This document shows positions 26,501-35,333 of a stretch of 56,581 nt of DNA, one piece after another. Both the position numbers and the translations under genes were made by a program. The DNA comes from a virus (taxonomy: Duplodnaviria; Caudoviricetes), in IMG/VR virus record IMGVR_UViG_3300031576_000050, positions 1 through 56,581 of that record; one strand, 5' to 3'. The notes under the pieces are model-generated. The model was not told the DNA's origin and searched no databases. It worked only from the letters and a program-made list of their open reading frames with translations. Positions within the stretch are counted from its first letter, which is position 1, and each line of letters opens with the position of its first letter.

Positions 26501-26792
26501 TCAGGACGACTGGTGTCTCAAAGACATCACCTTTGTCATCTGAGTCCCCAAGCCAGTATGCCATGCCTTGCCCAGTCAGGAGCAGGTCATCTGATGCAGA
26601 CTTGCCCTTGAACACCCCCACATACCGGGCTGCTAGTAGCAGGCTATCGCCATACTGCGCGACGTCAACCTGGCCAGGTATGATGGCTATGTGACCAAGG
26701 TATCCGATCTTGTTGAGGGCAGATCTTGGTGTCCGTTTCTTCAGCCTTAGCTCCCAGGCGCCCAGAGCCTGCTTGACTTCAGTTACTGTCAC
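23565..26792 (-). CDS. large minor tail protein (tail tip, with FN3-like domains)
   Basis: 1075 aa; YDLQVRAVD..GAWS FN3 pattern; position after Dit. Confidence 0.8.
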   Translation of the reverse strand: MTVTEVKQALGAWELRLKKRTPRSALNKIGYLGHIAIIPGQVDVAQYGDSLLLAARYVGVFKGKSASDDLLLTGQGMAYWLGDSDDKGDVFETPVVLIAASFATSINALLPSGGAVTAGVINSVSGTYTGRHEFQTPRRALDYVADAFSAEWRVTGDGKLDAGLATQLYTGPNAMLHRKSPGRDLKLAALAGQMILDTDVEDYTIRVVLLAAGDGDAVATGSANGPATPYKDIHGNNAKITRLVSESDTSSGNANQRAQLALSQFQAVRAAVQLSTSEFDVKGDFVVGDWIWVYDPDNGFVDNANEVIWEGEAIHPIKLRCSEMQWPVRPGWTVAFRSSDGSWTDLSPYYVGETGVTVVGVGGPPRSLTGISSEDPRPRISVDSSVPAAPTLVTPFSTAVYQANVNDVLASVLVDWTQPLNTDGSIIIDGHHYEVRYRVTQAYSYPITHAQMASFHHNQIQTHARPLSNPAATSNEWNVAVVPWDQTQVLLQELLVAANYDLQVRAVDSATPPNSGAWSATSSLVTKNDVIGPDTPAAPVVATSRLSVQVLHTLGKASGGTYNLPSDLDHLEIHIGGQYEAPSSSTLKGKLLANQGMITGKIPAVGTFQVDNTSNIWVKIIAVDRYGNKSGPSTAVQSSVSLIDNAHISDLSVSKLTAGQLTANMVLGARIATALAGQRVEMNQYGLQAFGADGDITTNLSSDPGFTGHFIAFTDGMGTILASISEMGIGSFVDASVSDDIFLRGRDLQTEIIDPLPRGIMAWTKPSWGTTAGTTELGHAELSVNAESSRIYRIHLQAEHDESMASSISTWAVRDGGSSEPTISSTLLWDSSNIAYTVINTDLDTHHSFLWIPTAGLHRLIWTLKASIGDTEFAAGASWMWIEDIGSTISDTGVQNTGGGSGVPPITQYTKQYAATWTGSYTGYGGRARSTTKCYQGQYDGDWGNQRSLIGFNAAAIQADLVGATIIHCKITLYFEHWYYSAGGTAIIGTHSYTSEPSAWADASVNQDRVQSSEWPKPGKRTVSLGTTIGGEFKTGTSKGIALGPGPNDSLTYYGYATGLGGGSNSPVLEIKYQK

Positions 26793-28006
26793 CGCAGCAC
26801 TCCTGTCGTGGACTCAGGTAGAGCGCCAATGTACTGGTCATACAGGACAGCAGCAGCATCCCCAGCCACAGCACCTGTCCCATTCAGGACTACACCTATG
26901 GCGAAGTCAAGAGTAGTGGTAGCTGCCTTCTCTACCCCGCCATTAGTGGCCAGTGTGAATGACTTAGCAGAACAACTCCAGGATTTGTTGCCATCACCAT
27001 CGTTTGCATTAGCGGCCACATAGCCGGATGTCTTGGTTGATGCCTCGAGAGTGTGTAGCTGTGCCTTCAGAGTCGCAGCAGCTGGCACCTGAAGATAGCA
27101 CTCGACGAACCTAGACCCACGCCGTAGCGACAAGTCCAGGTATGTTCTCCCAAACGCAGCATCAACAGAGAACAGCCGAAGCGACACCATCTCATTGTCA
27201 TTCCTGATCACTGTGACACCAAGAATCTCGGCTGGCGTGATCACATCGCCGCTCACAGCGATGTCCCAGGCTTTCACCTGCCAGGAGCCGTCCCAGGCGT
27301 CTACATCAAGGGTTGCGCTGGCAGTTGCCGATAGACGTACGCGGACTAGGCCGTTAATTACCTCCCATCCAGTCGGCAACACGTTCACGCGCACGCCGTA
27401 GCGCTCTATTCCCCCTGCCAGGAAGCGGACACGGCCCGCGAGGTATGCAGCTACGGAGGACACGGACCAACGAGGGTCAATGCCAGACGGAAGCCCACGG
27501 CGTACGCGCAGGACTGACCCATCTTCAGCTATCCTGTCTACAGAGCTAGAGGGATTCGTCGCTCCAGTGAAGTACCCAAGCGCCCCAGCAGCTGGCGCGT
27601 GCCAACGCTCGCCCACCACAGAGAAGTCATTCAGCCTGGCTATTCCAGTCAGCCTGCTCTCAATGTCTACTGCATTGGCTGGGCCAATGAGCGATAGCGT
27701 CGCATTCCAGTCCAGGCCTGCGGCCTCTTCAGTGGCCTTCCAATCGCGGACTATGGCCCCAAGGTCCCTGACCTCATAGAATCCATCAAACGCACTCTTA
27801 GCAGAGAAGCTCACGCCAACTAGCTCGCCCCGGATTCCCATAAGGTCTTCCCTACGGGCATGTAGTTCTGCATAGCTGATCCCTGGATACGTCTCAGTGC
27901 CGCGGATCGTCAGGGTGCGCTCGCCTGATGATGCATTCACCTGGTCAGTTACAGCATAAGTTTCGCGCAGGGCAATCCGCCCAATCTTCAGGTTGCCCCA
28001 GCTCAC
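26789..28006 (-). CDS. distal tail / minor tail protein
   Basis: Immediately after the tape measure gene. Confidence 0.7.
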   Translation of the reverse strand: MSWGNLKIGRIALRETYAVTDQVNASSGERTLTIRGTETYPGISYAELHARREDLMGIRGELVGVSFSAKSAFDGFYEVRDLGAIVRDWKATEEAAGLDWNATLSLIGPANAVDIESRLTGIARLNDFSVVGERWHAPAAGALGYFTGATNPSSSVDRIAEDGSVLRVRRGLPSGIDPRWSVSSVAAYLAGRVRFLAGGIERYGVRVNVLPTGWEVINGLVRVRLSATASATLDVDAWDGSWQVKAWDIAVSGDVITPAEILGVTVIRNDNEMVSLRLFSVDAAFGRTYLDLSLRRGSRFVECYLQVPAAATLKAQLHTLEASTKTSGYVAANANDGDGNKSWSCSAKSFTLATNGGVEKAATTTLDFAIGVVLNGTGAVAGDAAAVLYDQYIGALPESTTGVLR

Positions 28007-30999
28007 TTGTACTCCCTCTCATAGTCATCCAGAGCACCATGGATGTTAGCGATAATCTTACGAGCAACTGTTGGGTCTGTGAAGTCCCACACCCCATTCA
28101 GGTTAATAGCTGCGACATTCAGCGTACGGCTTGCTTGCTGGTTGGCCTGTGCAGATAGCTTACTAGCCGAGGCAGGCGCGAACGAGCGGACAGCGCCTGA
28201 AACGCTAACGCTATGATCAATCGGCAAGCCAGCTGCTAGCTCAGATACCATTGATGAGAGAGCCTTCTGGGCCTGCCCAGCTGTATTCATGATGCCCTGT
28301 GCCAGGTCCTCACTGATCCGCTCACCGCGCAGCAGCACATATCCCTTACCAGAGAATGGCCCGCGCTTCGCTGGCGAGCCAGGCAGCCAGCCAGCGATCA
28401 TATTGACAAGACCTTCTCCAACATTCCATAGCTTGCCCCACATTGACCAGATACCATCAACAAGACCCTGGACAATAGCTCTGCCTGCATTGTAGAGCAG
28501 ATTGCCTAGACCGCCTAGCGCACTGGCGATCCTTCCAGGGATTCCCTTAACGAGTCCAATGAGTGGTCCGATGCCTGCATCCGCCGCAGCCTTTAACTGG
28601 CTGAAGAAGCCTTTGATCTTGTCAACAACAACCTTGACACCGCCGATGATTGCTACAATCTTGTCGACAGCAGCCTTGACAATTGTCTTGATGGCCTCCC
28701 AGATTGTGGAGATGATTACCCTGACAGCCCCCATGTACTGCGAGATGAAGTTACGAACTGCCTTGAATGCTTTATCGACAATTGGAGCCAGGAAGGTTAC
28801 TGCCGCATTCCACACCTTGACAATCGCATTCCAGATGGCACTGATAATGCTAGAGATGAGGTTCATTGCAGCTTTGACAAAGTCAACGACTGCCTTGAAT
28901 GCCTTCCTCACAGGCTCAGCGAACACAGCCATCGCAGTATCAAAGATCGCCTTCAGGATTGCCCAAGCGACAGCAACAATCGCGCCAATGATCTCAAACG
29001 CGAGTCTGATGATGCTGACTATCAGATCAAAGACTGCCTTGACGGGCTCGCCAATGACGCCCCACACAGCCTTGAAGAATGCTACAAACTTCTTGACGAT
29101 TGCCTGGATCGCCCCGAAGACAAACTGACCAGCCTTCCACAGGGCCCATAGCGGAGCGATCACTGCTATAGCAATGATATTACCGATTGTGAAGAGTACC
29201 TTGCCAATCGCCACAAGATACTTGACAAAGGTCGGAATGTTACTGATGAGCCAGCTCAAGACATTGATTAGTAGGCTGAACATTGGGCCGGCCAGCTTGA
29301 AGATGATCGGTATTAACCAGCCCAGTACCTTACCAACAATCTCCAATGCCTTGAATAGGACCTTGAACAGAATCCGAGAGATGGCGAGAATTGTAGGCAT
29401 AGCTGTCTTGATGGCATCAGTCAGCTGTTTTACGGCTGGCATGACACGCTCTTCAATGAACTTGGCTGCAGACTTGAAGGCAGGCTCAAGACTCTTCTTA
29501 AAGGAGTCTCGCAGCTTTAGGACTCCAGGTATCACATCGCTCTTGATGAAGCCCACAACCATGTGGAAGATCTCAAGCAGGAATGCTCCAAGAGTCTTAG
29601 CAACCTTCACAATAGAAGCTATTAGACTACGGAACCCTTCACTTTCGGCCCAGAGCTTCTTGAAGGCGGCAACAAGCAAGGCGACGGCTGCAATGATACC
29701 TACAATGATGGCAGCAAACTTCAGTACACCAGCAGATGCAACCAGTCCAGCAATGACAGCACCAATGGCTGCTACAGCAGCTACAAGGCCAAGCAGGACA
29801 GCAGCCGCAACAGCAGCGAATGCTATCAGTTTCTGCCAGCGTGGGTCGAGAGCGCTAAATTTGTTGACAAGCTTTGTAATGAACTCTGTCACTGCACGAA
29901 TAGTCGGGAGCAGCGCGGTGCCTAGGGCGATGGCAGCAGTCTCTACTGAGCCCTTCAGTTGCTCTAGCGCGCCCTTGACATTGTCGAGCCGCTTAGCTGC
30001 TACATCCTTTGCAGTGACCTTACCAATGGATGCTGCCATTTCATCAAAGCCAGCAGCACCCGCTTTTGTCAAGATCGCAGCTGCTCGGATGGCATCCGAG
30101 CCAAAGATCATCTCCAGCGTCAGCGCCTTTTGCTGCGCTGTCATCTCTGATGTCACAGAGCTTAGGACGCCAGCTACTTCAGACAGACTGCGCAGGCTGC
30201 CCCGTGCGTCATAGAATCTGTTAGTGCCATCCTTGGTGACAATGCCAAGTGCCTTGAACAGATCTATCTGCCGCTTTGTGACTGGCTGGAGGTTTGACAG
30301 CATTGTCTTAAGTGATGTGCCAGCATCGGAGCCCTTGATGCCTGCGTTACCCATAAGAGCAATAGCCGTTGTCAGATCATCAAACGTAACACCCTGGAGA
30401 GCTGCAACAGCACCAGCTTGCTGTAGTGCAAAACCAAACTCGCTCACGTCAATAGCAGATGAGTTTGCTGCTCCAGCAATCAAGTCAACGACATGCCCCA
30501 TGTCTCTGGCCTTGATCGAGAACACATTCATTGCGTTTGATGCGATAGCTGCTGCCTCAGCCAGATCAACCCCGCCCGCAGCAGCGAGCGCAACGGTTGC
30601 GTCAGCAGCACCATCCAGGACATCAGTCAGCGAGAGGCCAGCCTTAACTAACTCTTCCATCGCTCGCGCTGCATCAGAAGCAGAGAAAACTGTATCAGCG
30701 CCTAACTGAAGTGCCTTCTTGCGCAATGCCTCTAGTTGGGCCTCTGACGCACCTGATACGGCGCCAATGGCGCTAATCTGGTGCTCAAAGTCAATCGCCT
30801 TATTGGCTGCATAGACCAGCCCGGCACCGATGACACCCGCAGCAATACCTGAAGCCTTGGCTAATGACTGGAGATCGTGCTGGGTCTGTTTAGCACTCGC
30901 TCCAATATCATCCAGACCTTTTTTGGCCTTGCGCCCGCCCGACGCATCATAGGTCAGCTCGATCGTGCCCTTGGCTCTCCCAAGGTCATAATCTGACAC
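28003..30999 (-). CDS. tape measure protein
   Basis: 998 aa, Ala-rich; GIKGSDAGTSLKTML, IFGSDA; periodic W/F repeats; PGSPAKRGP. Confidence 0.95.
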   Translation of the reverse strand: MSDYDLGRAKGTIELTYDASGGRKAKKGLDDIGASAKQTQHDLQSLAKASGIAAGVIGAGLVYAANKAIDFEHQISAIGAVSGASEAQLEALRKKALQLGADTVFSASDAARAMEELVKAGLSLTDVLDGAADATVALAAAGGVDLAEAAAIASNAMNVFSIKARDMGHVVDLIAGAANSSAIDVSEFGFALQQAGAVAALQGVTFDDLTTAIALMGNAGIKGSDAGTSLKTMLSNLQPVTKRQIDLFKALGIVTKDGTNRFYDARGSLRSLSEVAGVLSSVTSEMTAQQKALTLEMIFGSDAIRAAAILTKAGAAGFDEMAASIGKVTAKDVAAKRLDNVKGALEQLKGSVETAAIALGTALLPTIRAVTEFITKLVNKFSALDPRWQKLIAFAAVAAAVLLGLVAAVAAIGAVIAGLVASAGVLKFAAIIVGIIAAVALLVAAFKKLWAESEGFRSLIASIVKVAKTLGAFLLEIFHMVVGFIKSDVIPGVLKLRDSFKKSLEPAFKSAAKFIEERVMPAVKQLTDAIKTAMPTILAISRILFKVLFKALEIVGKVLGWLIPIIFKLAGPMFSLLINVLSWLISNIPTFVKYLVAIGKVLFTIGNIIAIAVIAPLWALWKAGQFVFGAIQAIVKKFVAFFKAVWGVIGEPVKAVFDLIVSIIRLAFEIIGAIVAVAWAILKAIFDTAMAVFAEPVRKAFKAVVDFVKAAMNLISSIISAIWNAIVKVWNAAVTFLAPIVDKAFKAVRNFISQYMGAVRVIISTIWEAIKTIVKAAVDKIVAIIGGVKVVVDKIKGFFSQLKAAADAGIGPLIGLVKGIPGRIASALGGLGNLLYNAGRAIVQGLVDGIWSMWGKLWNVGEGLVNMIAGWLPGSPAKRGPFSGKGYVLLRGERISEDLAQGIMNTAGQAQKALSSMVSELAAGLPIDHSVSVSGAVRSFAPASASKLSAQANQQASRTLNVAAINLNGVWDFTDPTVARKIIANIHGALDDYEREYK

Positions 31000-31002
31000 T
31001 GA

Positions 31003-31269
31003 CTACCTCCCAGGCGGGCTCGCAAAAGTCTGTGTTCCCAACCAGCGATTCAGAACCATCTGCCTCGCCATGCGCTGCTGGGCCTCTGACTTCTTGCCAC
31101 TCGCTGCCTTATCGAGCTCAGACTCAAGCTTCACTCCAAAGGCAAGGATCGCCCGATCCAAGAAGTATGCTGTTGGTTGCTCTGTTATCCCTAGTAGCTC
31201 GCTTGGCCTACAGTGATATGTTTTGCAGGCTTGGAATGTCGTCCAACACTGACCCGAGCTCCTTACGAA
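31003..31269 (-). CDS. tail assembly chaperone frameshift extension (gpT-like)
   Basis: +1 frame overlapping the TAC 3' end, RPSELLG motif, ends 4 nt before the TMP start. Confidence 0.65.
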   Translation of the reverse strand, partial: FVRSSGQCWTTFQACKTYHCRPSELLGITEQPTAYFLDRAILAFGVKLESELDKAASGKKSEAQQRMARQMVLNRWLGTQTFASPPGR

Positions 31270-31858
31270 AGGCAGATAGGTCAGTCGTCCCACCAACTGC
31301 CCACTGCAGGATAAACATCCTGTCAATGATGTCTGTATCCAGCACTGAGACAGCACCGGCAGGGATCTCCTCTCCGAAGTGTTTGCCATCCTTCTCATAG
31401 TCTGCTGGCCTATACAGAGCGGGCTGGACCACTACATAGCAGCACAAGACATCAATCAGCTCAATTCCTGCACTAACCTGCGACATGTCACCAGCAAACT
31501 TGCCAACTGCCTTGGCCTCAGCTGCCTTTCTGGCACCAACATTGGCCCTGTCGATGTGCTCAGTTTGAACAAGTGCCGTCAACGAGTCCATCGAGTCCAA
31601 GATGCCCGCCTTGATCAGGCCATGAACTCCTGGTCGGCGCACCTGACAAGTGGCACCAGATGGCACAGTAAGATCGAACAGACTATCAGAGCCACCTTTT
31701 GTCCCAAGGGTGTATCCACCTGCCGCTGGTGGCGGAGGTGGTGCTGGGAAGCGCGGCACAGCTACCTTCCTGATGCGCACAGGAGAGGCTGCTGCCTTAA
31801 AGGCAGCAGCCTCCCTGCCTGTCGCCTTTGCTACTGGTACTGCTTTCTTAGCCGGCAT
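31208..31858 (-). CDS. tail assembly chaperone (gpG-like)
   Basis: Between tail tube region and TMP; VPSG..VRRP. Confidence 0.75.
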   Translation of the reverse strand: MPAKKAVPVAKATGREAAAFKAAASPVRIRKVAVPRFPAPPPPPAAGGYTLGTKGGSDSLFDLTVPSGATCQVRRPGVHGLIKAGILDSMDSLTALVQTEHIDRANVGARKAAEAKAVGKFAGDMSQVSAGIELIDVLCCYVVVQPALYRPADYEKDGKHFGEEIPAGAVSVLDTDIIDRMFILQWAVGGTTDLSAFRKELGSVLDDIPSLQNISL

Positions 31859-31889
31859 CCTAGTGCTCCCTGGCTTGTATTGTTGAACG

Positions 31890-32270
31890 CTATGCTGGGA
31901 ACGGTCCCAGGATAGCGACGGTCACGGTCGTAAGGGTACCGCCATGAGTCAGGTTAATGCGACCATTCGAATCGCGATGCCTGTCGCTATTTGGTACCTG
32001 TGATACCAGCTCGGTTGTGGCACCCATTCCAGCGCTCTGCACAACTGCGTCTGCAAAGCCAGCTGCCTGGCCAGAAGCAGCAGGTACTGGGGTGTTGGGG
32101 TCGGTCACCTTGAATGAAGCTGCACCAGTTGGTGTAGCGCCATTCTTGTAGTGAAGCACGTAACGTGACCTCGGTGCTGCAACAAAGAAGTCTGCAGCAG
32201 CCACTGCCGAATAGGTTGGGGCAACACCCGCCAGGCCAGGATTCTGAACTGCGGCGGAAAGATCTGCCAT
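31890..32270 (-). CDS. putative structural protein
   Basis: AAGGAGG SD; beta-rich; follows the major tail protein. Confidence 0.6.
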   Translation of the reverse strand: MADLSAAVQNPGLAGVAPTYSAVAAADFFVAAPRSRYVLHYKNGATPTGAASFKVTDPNTPVPAASGQAAGFADAVVQSAGMGATTELVSQVPNSDRHRDSNGRINLTHGGTLTTVTVAILGPFPA

Positions 32271-32285
32271 TTTGAATCCCCTCCT

Positions 32286-32840
32286 TTAGACGATTGCTGT
32301 TGCGGTCTCATTGTGGACCATTGCCCACACCTTATCGAGATCAGCAGCCACGAGTGAACGCAGGCCAACCCCAGATGCGCCAGTCAGGAAGAATTGCCCA
32401 TCGGCAAACTCCCCATCTAGGTCACCAGTCGCACGGCAGCGGTAGACAACTGCATGCAGATCCCCGCCAGAGTCCGAGATCATCTGGCCCTCCACCTTGA
32501 AGTACGGACGAACATCCGTCACCTTCTTAGTGAGTGTCTTGACCTGGTTTGGCGTTGGCCCAGTCTCCACAATCGTGCCACCATACATAGATCGGACTGC
32601 TTCCAGTGACACACCGCCACCTTCTAGCTCCCAAGCTACTTGTGGCCCTGAACCATGTGTAGCCACAAGACTGTCATCGCCACGCAGATCCTCAAATGCT
32701 TCAGTTTCGGCAAATGAGAACGTGCGGCCATTGGGAAGGTCAACTGGCGGGCTGCCCAATACTGTTGCACTAGCGTCCGTGTATGGCGTGATCTTAACAT
32801 CACGTAGACCGAACGGCAATGGGGTGTTCGTTAGAGCCAT
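32286..32840 (-). CDS. major tail (tube) protein
   Basis: LPFGLRDVKI, FEDLRGDD, RPYFKVEG; strong SD; synteny. Confidence 0.8.
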   Translation of the reverse strand: MALTNTPLPFGLRDVKITPYTDASATVLGSPPVDLPNGRTFSFAETEAFEDLRGDDSLVATHGSGPQVAWELEGGGVSLEAVRSMYGGTIVETGPTPNQVKTLTKKVTDVRPYFKVEGQMISDSGGDLHAVVYRCRATGDLDGEFADGQFFLTGASGVGLRSLVAADLDKVWAMVHNETATAIV

Positions 32841-33027
32841 GAATCCTATCCTCCTTGCTGGGGTCGCGGAACTTCCTTGTTTTGACCGGCTCTCCTGTCA
32901 GGGAGTCAAACCAGTGCATGACAACAACTCCAGGTGCCGACCCACAAAGCCTAGATGAGCATTTGAAAGAGAGCAGGCCATCATCCAGCTCCCCATGCTT
33001 CTTGTGAGGGCACCTGAGATCCATCAT
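32800..33027 (-). CDS. Com-like zinc-ribbon protein
   Basis: DLRC..KKHG....FKCSSRLC. Confidence 0.5.
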   Translation of the reverse strand: MMDLRCPHKKHGELDDGLLSFKCSSRLCGSAPGVVVMHWFDSLTGEPVKTRKFRDPSKEDRIHGSNEHPIAVRST

Positions 33028-33311
33028 CCACCAATCTGAAACTCTACTGATGCGCTTCCCACCAGGTCAGCAATCTCTGGGTCTGGAACGAACTCAGTCG
33101 AGCTATCAGCGAGCACTTGACGCCAGGTATCGCCAAACGCAGCCTTGAACTCTGCGAGCGTAACTGCCATCCCATTGGACTGACTCCATGCCAATGGCCA
33201 GCCTCCTGGACCAGTCAGCTCTCTTACGTCCGCAGTGCCAATATACCTGACGACAGGCGGCTGCTCAAGCTCAGCATCATCAGGCATTGGGTCATGCACA
33301 GCTGGCTCCAT
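33024..33311 (-). CDS. hypothetical protein
   Basis: AAGGAG SD; in structural operon. Confidence 0.6.
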   Translation of the reverse strand: MEPAVHDPMPDDAELEQPPVVRYIGTADVRELTGPGGWPLAWSQSNGMAVTLAEFKAAFGDTWRQVLADSSTEFVPDPEIADLVGSASVEFQIGG

Positions 33312-33320
33312 ATCCTCTCC

Positions 33321-33728
33321 TTAACTCCCACTAGCAGTAATAGTGTGTGAGCTATTCCGCATGTACGCCCTATATGCGGGATCATACAGGTCTCCAGACT
33401 CACCCTCCCAGAATACCCCAAGCACTGCATTGCCTGAGCCATCCTGGAGCCTTACTGCTGGCAGGCTCTCGACAAGAGCACGGATCTCTGCCAGCGCATC
33501 GCCTATCGGGCCATAGTCAGGCTCCCTATTGTATACCCAACTATTGAGGATAACAGGATTGGCAGCACCAATACCCCTACTTGTCCCACCCCAGCGCAAC
33601 ACCAGGAAGCGATCCTCGACTGGGCTATCAGGAGAGTATGCAGGGTACACGTGCGCAGCGTACCCAAGGCCACTAAGCACAAACGAGTTCGTCATCATTG
33701 CATAGACCATCTGTCGCAGCGCACTCAT
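33321..33728 (-). CDS. tail terminator
   Basis: Size and synteny; FLVLRW, SGDLYDP. Confidence 0.65.
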   Translation of the reverse strand: MSALRQMVYAMMTNSFVLSGLGYAAHVYPAYSPDSPVEDRFLVLRWGGTSRGIGAANPVILNSWVYNREPDYGPIGDALAEIRALVESLPAVRLQDGSGNAVLGVFWEGESGDLYDPAYRAYMRNSSHTITASGS

Positions 33729-34111
33729 GAGGGAATCACCCCCTGTGTATTCAGTCGTCGAAACAGCTTCTGCAGCATCCGCATTGTGTCAGGACCATAC
33801 AGCCTAATCGTCGGCTCTATGATTGCATACCTACCAGCCCAGCGGATTTCCAGCCAGATCCCATATGTGACAAGATGAAACACCGTGATGACGTGGCGGA
33901 CCATCGGCACCCATACAACATCAACGCTCAGCCCATTCCGGGCGTTCCCAGTGCGGTCAGTCCAGGGAGCATTCTTCCGAGCATAGCTAATAGCTCTATT
34001 GCCCTGGTAGTCGCACACAGCATGGATGTACCCATCAACCTTAGCTGGGAGCTGTGATATGTTGCGGCGCAGCGTCTTGTCATCAAATGTGAACGTGGCC
34101 TTATTCGCCAT
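33725..34111 (-). CDS. HK97 gp10-like neck protein
   Basis: NAPWTDRTGNARNGL, YGIWLE..GRYAII. Confidence 0.75.
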   Translation of the reverse strand: MANKATFTFDDKTLRRNISQLPAKVDGYIHAVCDYQGNRAISYARKNAPWTDRTGNARNGLSVDVVWVPMVRHVITVFHLVTYGIWLEIRWAGRYAIIEPTIRLYGPDTMRMLQKLFRRLNTQGVIPS

Positions 34112-34481
34112 AACGAATCACCAGGCCACGCTTCTCATAGCCATTATCTGGTAGCAGCTCCGCGACTTCTAGCCTCACGCCTGCAACATCAGCCCAATAG
34201 TCCCACAATGCCATGACAGCATCGTGCTCGCCCACCAGTTGGTATACCACAATCCTCTGCACACCATCTGATGCGGCAACAACACCAGGCACCGGCCCCA
34301 CATTACTACTCTGGTCAATCAGGCGCATTGCCTGCGGCTCGCGCGGCTCACCACTGACCCATCTAGTTCCTGATCCGTCCCTGTGCCTTGTGCGCGGGGT
34401 CAGCGTCAGGGCCGACTTGTTTGCGTTGATGAATGCAAGCGTCTGTGCTCGCTGAAACCGCAGCTCCTGGTCAGATGCCAT
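34101..34481 (-). CDS. head-to-tail stopper
   Basis: Synteny and size. Confidence 0.6.
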   Translation of the reverse strand: MASDQELRFQRAQTLAFINANKSALTLTPRTRHRDGSGTRWVSGEPREPQAMRLIDQSSNVGPVPGVVAASDGVQRIVVYQLVGEHDAVMALWDYWADVAGVRLEVAELLPDNGYEKRGLVIRYGE

Positions 34482-34810
34482 TATGGCCTCGCTAGCTGCC
34501 TCACACGGACAGTGCGCCCGCTACCAGCTAACGGCGGCAGACTCTCGGCGGCAGCGCGCTCAGCAAACACCTTAGCCATGGCAATAGCCTGCTCGTACAA
34601 GTCCCCCATCTTCCTGGATGACCCACCCTCAGATACATCTACAAGTCCTGCAGTAGCCGCAGCCTTCTCTGTCCAAACCTGATAAGCTACAGAGTCTGCA
34701 GATCCAGAGGCTGCGTCTAGGCGAGCTGCGAGATCAAAGTCTGAGTATGTGGTCTCATTATCCTCAGCAATGAGCAATCGCAGCGCCTGTACTTCTGCTG
34801 CTGTTGCCAC
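34481..34810 (-). CDS. head-to-tail adaptor
   Basis: LRLLIAE, WTEKAA..LVDVSEGGSSR. Confidence 0.7.
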   Translation of the reverse strand: MATAAEVQALRLLIAEDNETTYSDFDLAARLDAASGSADSVAYQVWTEKAAATAGLVDVSEGGSSRKMGDLYEQAIAMAKVFAERAAAESLPPLAGSGRTVRVRQLARP

Positions 34811-34833
34811 AACTCACCTCCTGCTAGTGAGTA

Positions 34834-34872
34834 GGGAGGCTGGCCAAGGTCGGGCGGCCCAGCCAGCCTCCC
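34834..34872 (-). terminator. 11-bp hairpin after capsid genes
   Basis: GGGAGGCTGGC...GCCAGCCTCCC. Confidence 0.6.
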
Positions 34873-34881
34873 CAGCCTGCA

Positions 34882-35319
34882 TCACCCAGCTGCGTCGTCA
34901 GCTTCCAGACGTGCGATCAGTTCGACCTTGGTGCCTGACTTGGACAGCGTTGCTCCTGCCGTGTTACGCCGGTCGACTTCTGCCTTCAGCTCGTCCATTG
35001 ACATCTCAGAGTAATCGAGGTCATCCTCATCCTCGTCATCCTCGTCATCCTCGTCATCGTCACTTTCAGTAGCTGCAGCAGCCTGTAGCTGAGCAATCTG
35101 CTCCAGCAGCCTGGCATTCTCCTCCCGCAGCTGAATGTCACCTGGGGCAGTGACAGAGTCAGCCTTCTCACGGGCATTGAACGCTGCCAATGCGGCAGGA
35201 TCGGGCAAGTAGTTGGCATCCAGGCGCTTCTCCAGAGCAGCACCCCAGGCACCCCGATCTCGCAAGTACCTTCGACTCTCATCAGTGAGAGCCTCATCCA
35301 TTGGGATGTTCTTAGCCAT
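34882..35319 (-). CDS. acidic protein with C-terminal SAP/HeH domain
   Basis: YSEMSMDELKAE..SGTKVELIARL; DDE tract encoded by 9-bp repeats. Confidence 0.7.
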   Translation of the reverse strand: MAKNIPMDEALTDESRRYLRDRGAWGAALEKRLDANYLPDPAALAAFNAREKADSVTAPGDIQLREENARLLEQIAQLQAAAATESDDDEDDEDDEDEDDLDYSEMSMDELKAEVDRRNTAGATLSKSGTKVELIARLEADDAAG

Positions 35320-35333
35320 TCAGTACACCTCCC

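Noticed and set aside
35020-35062. 9-bp tandem repeat TCATCCTCG
   Set aside because: In-frame acidic DDE tract with no phase-variation potential.
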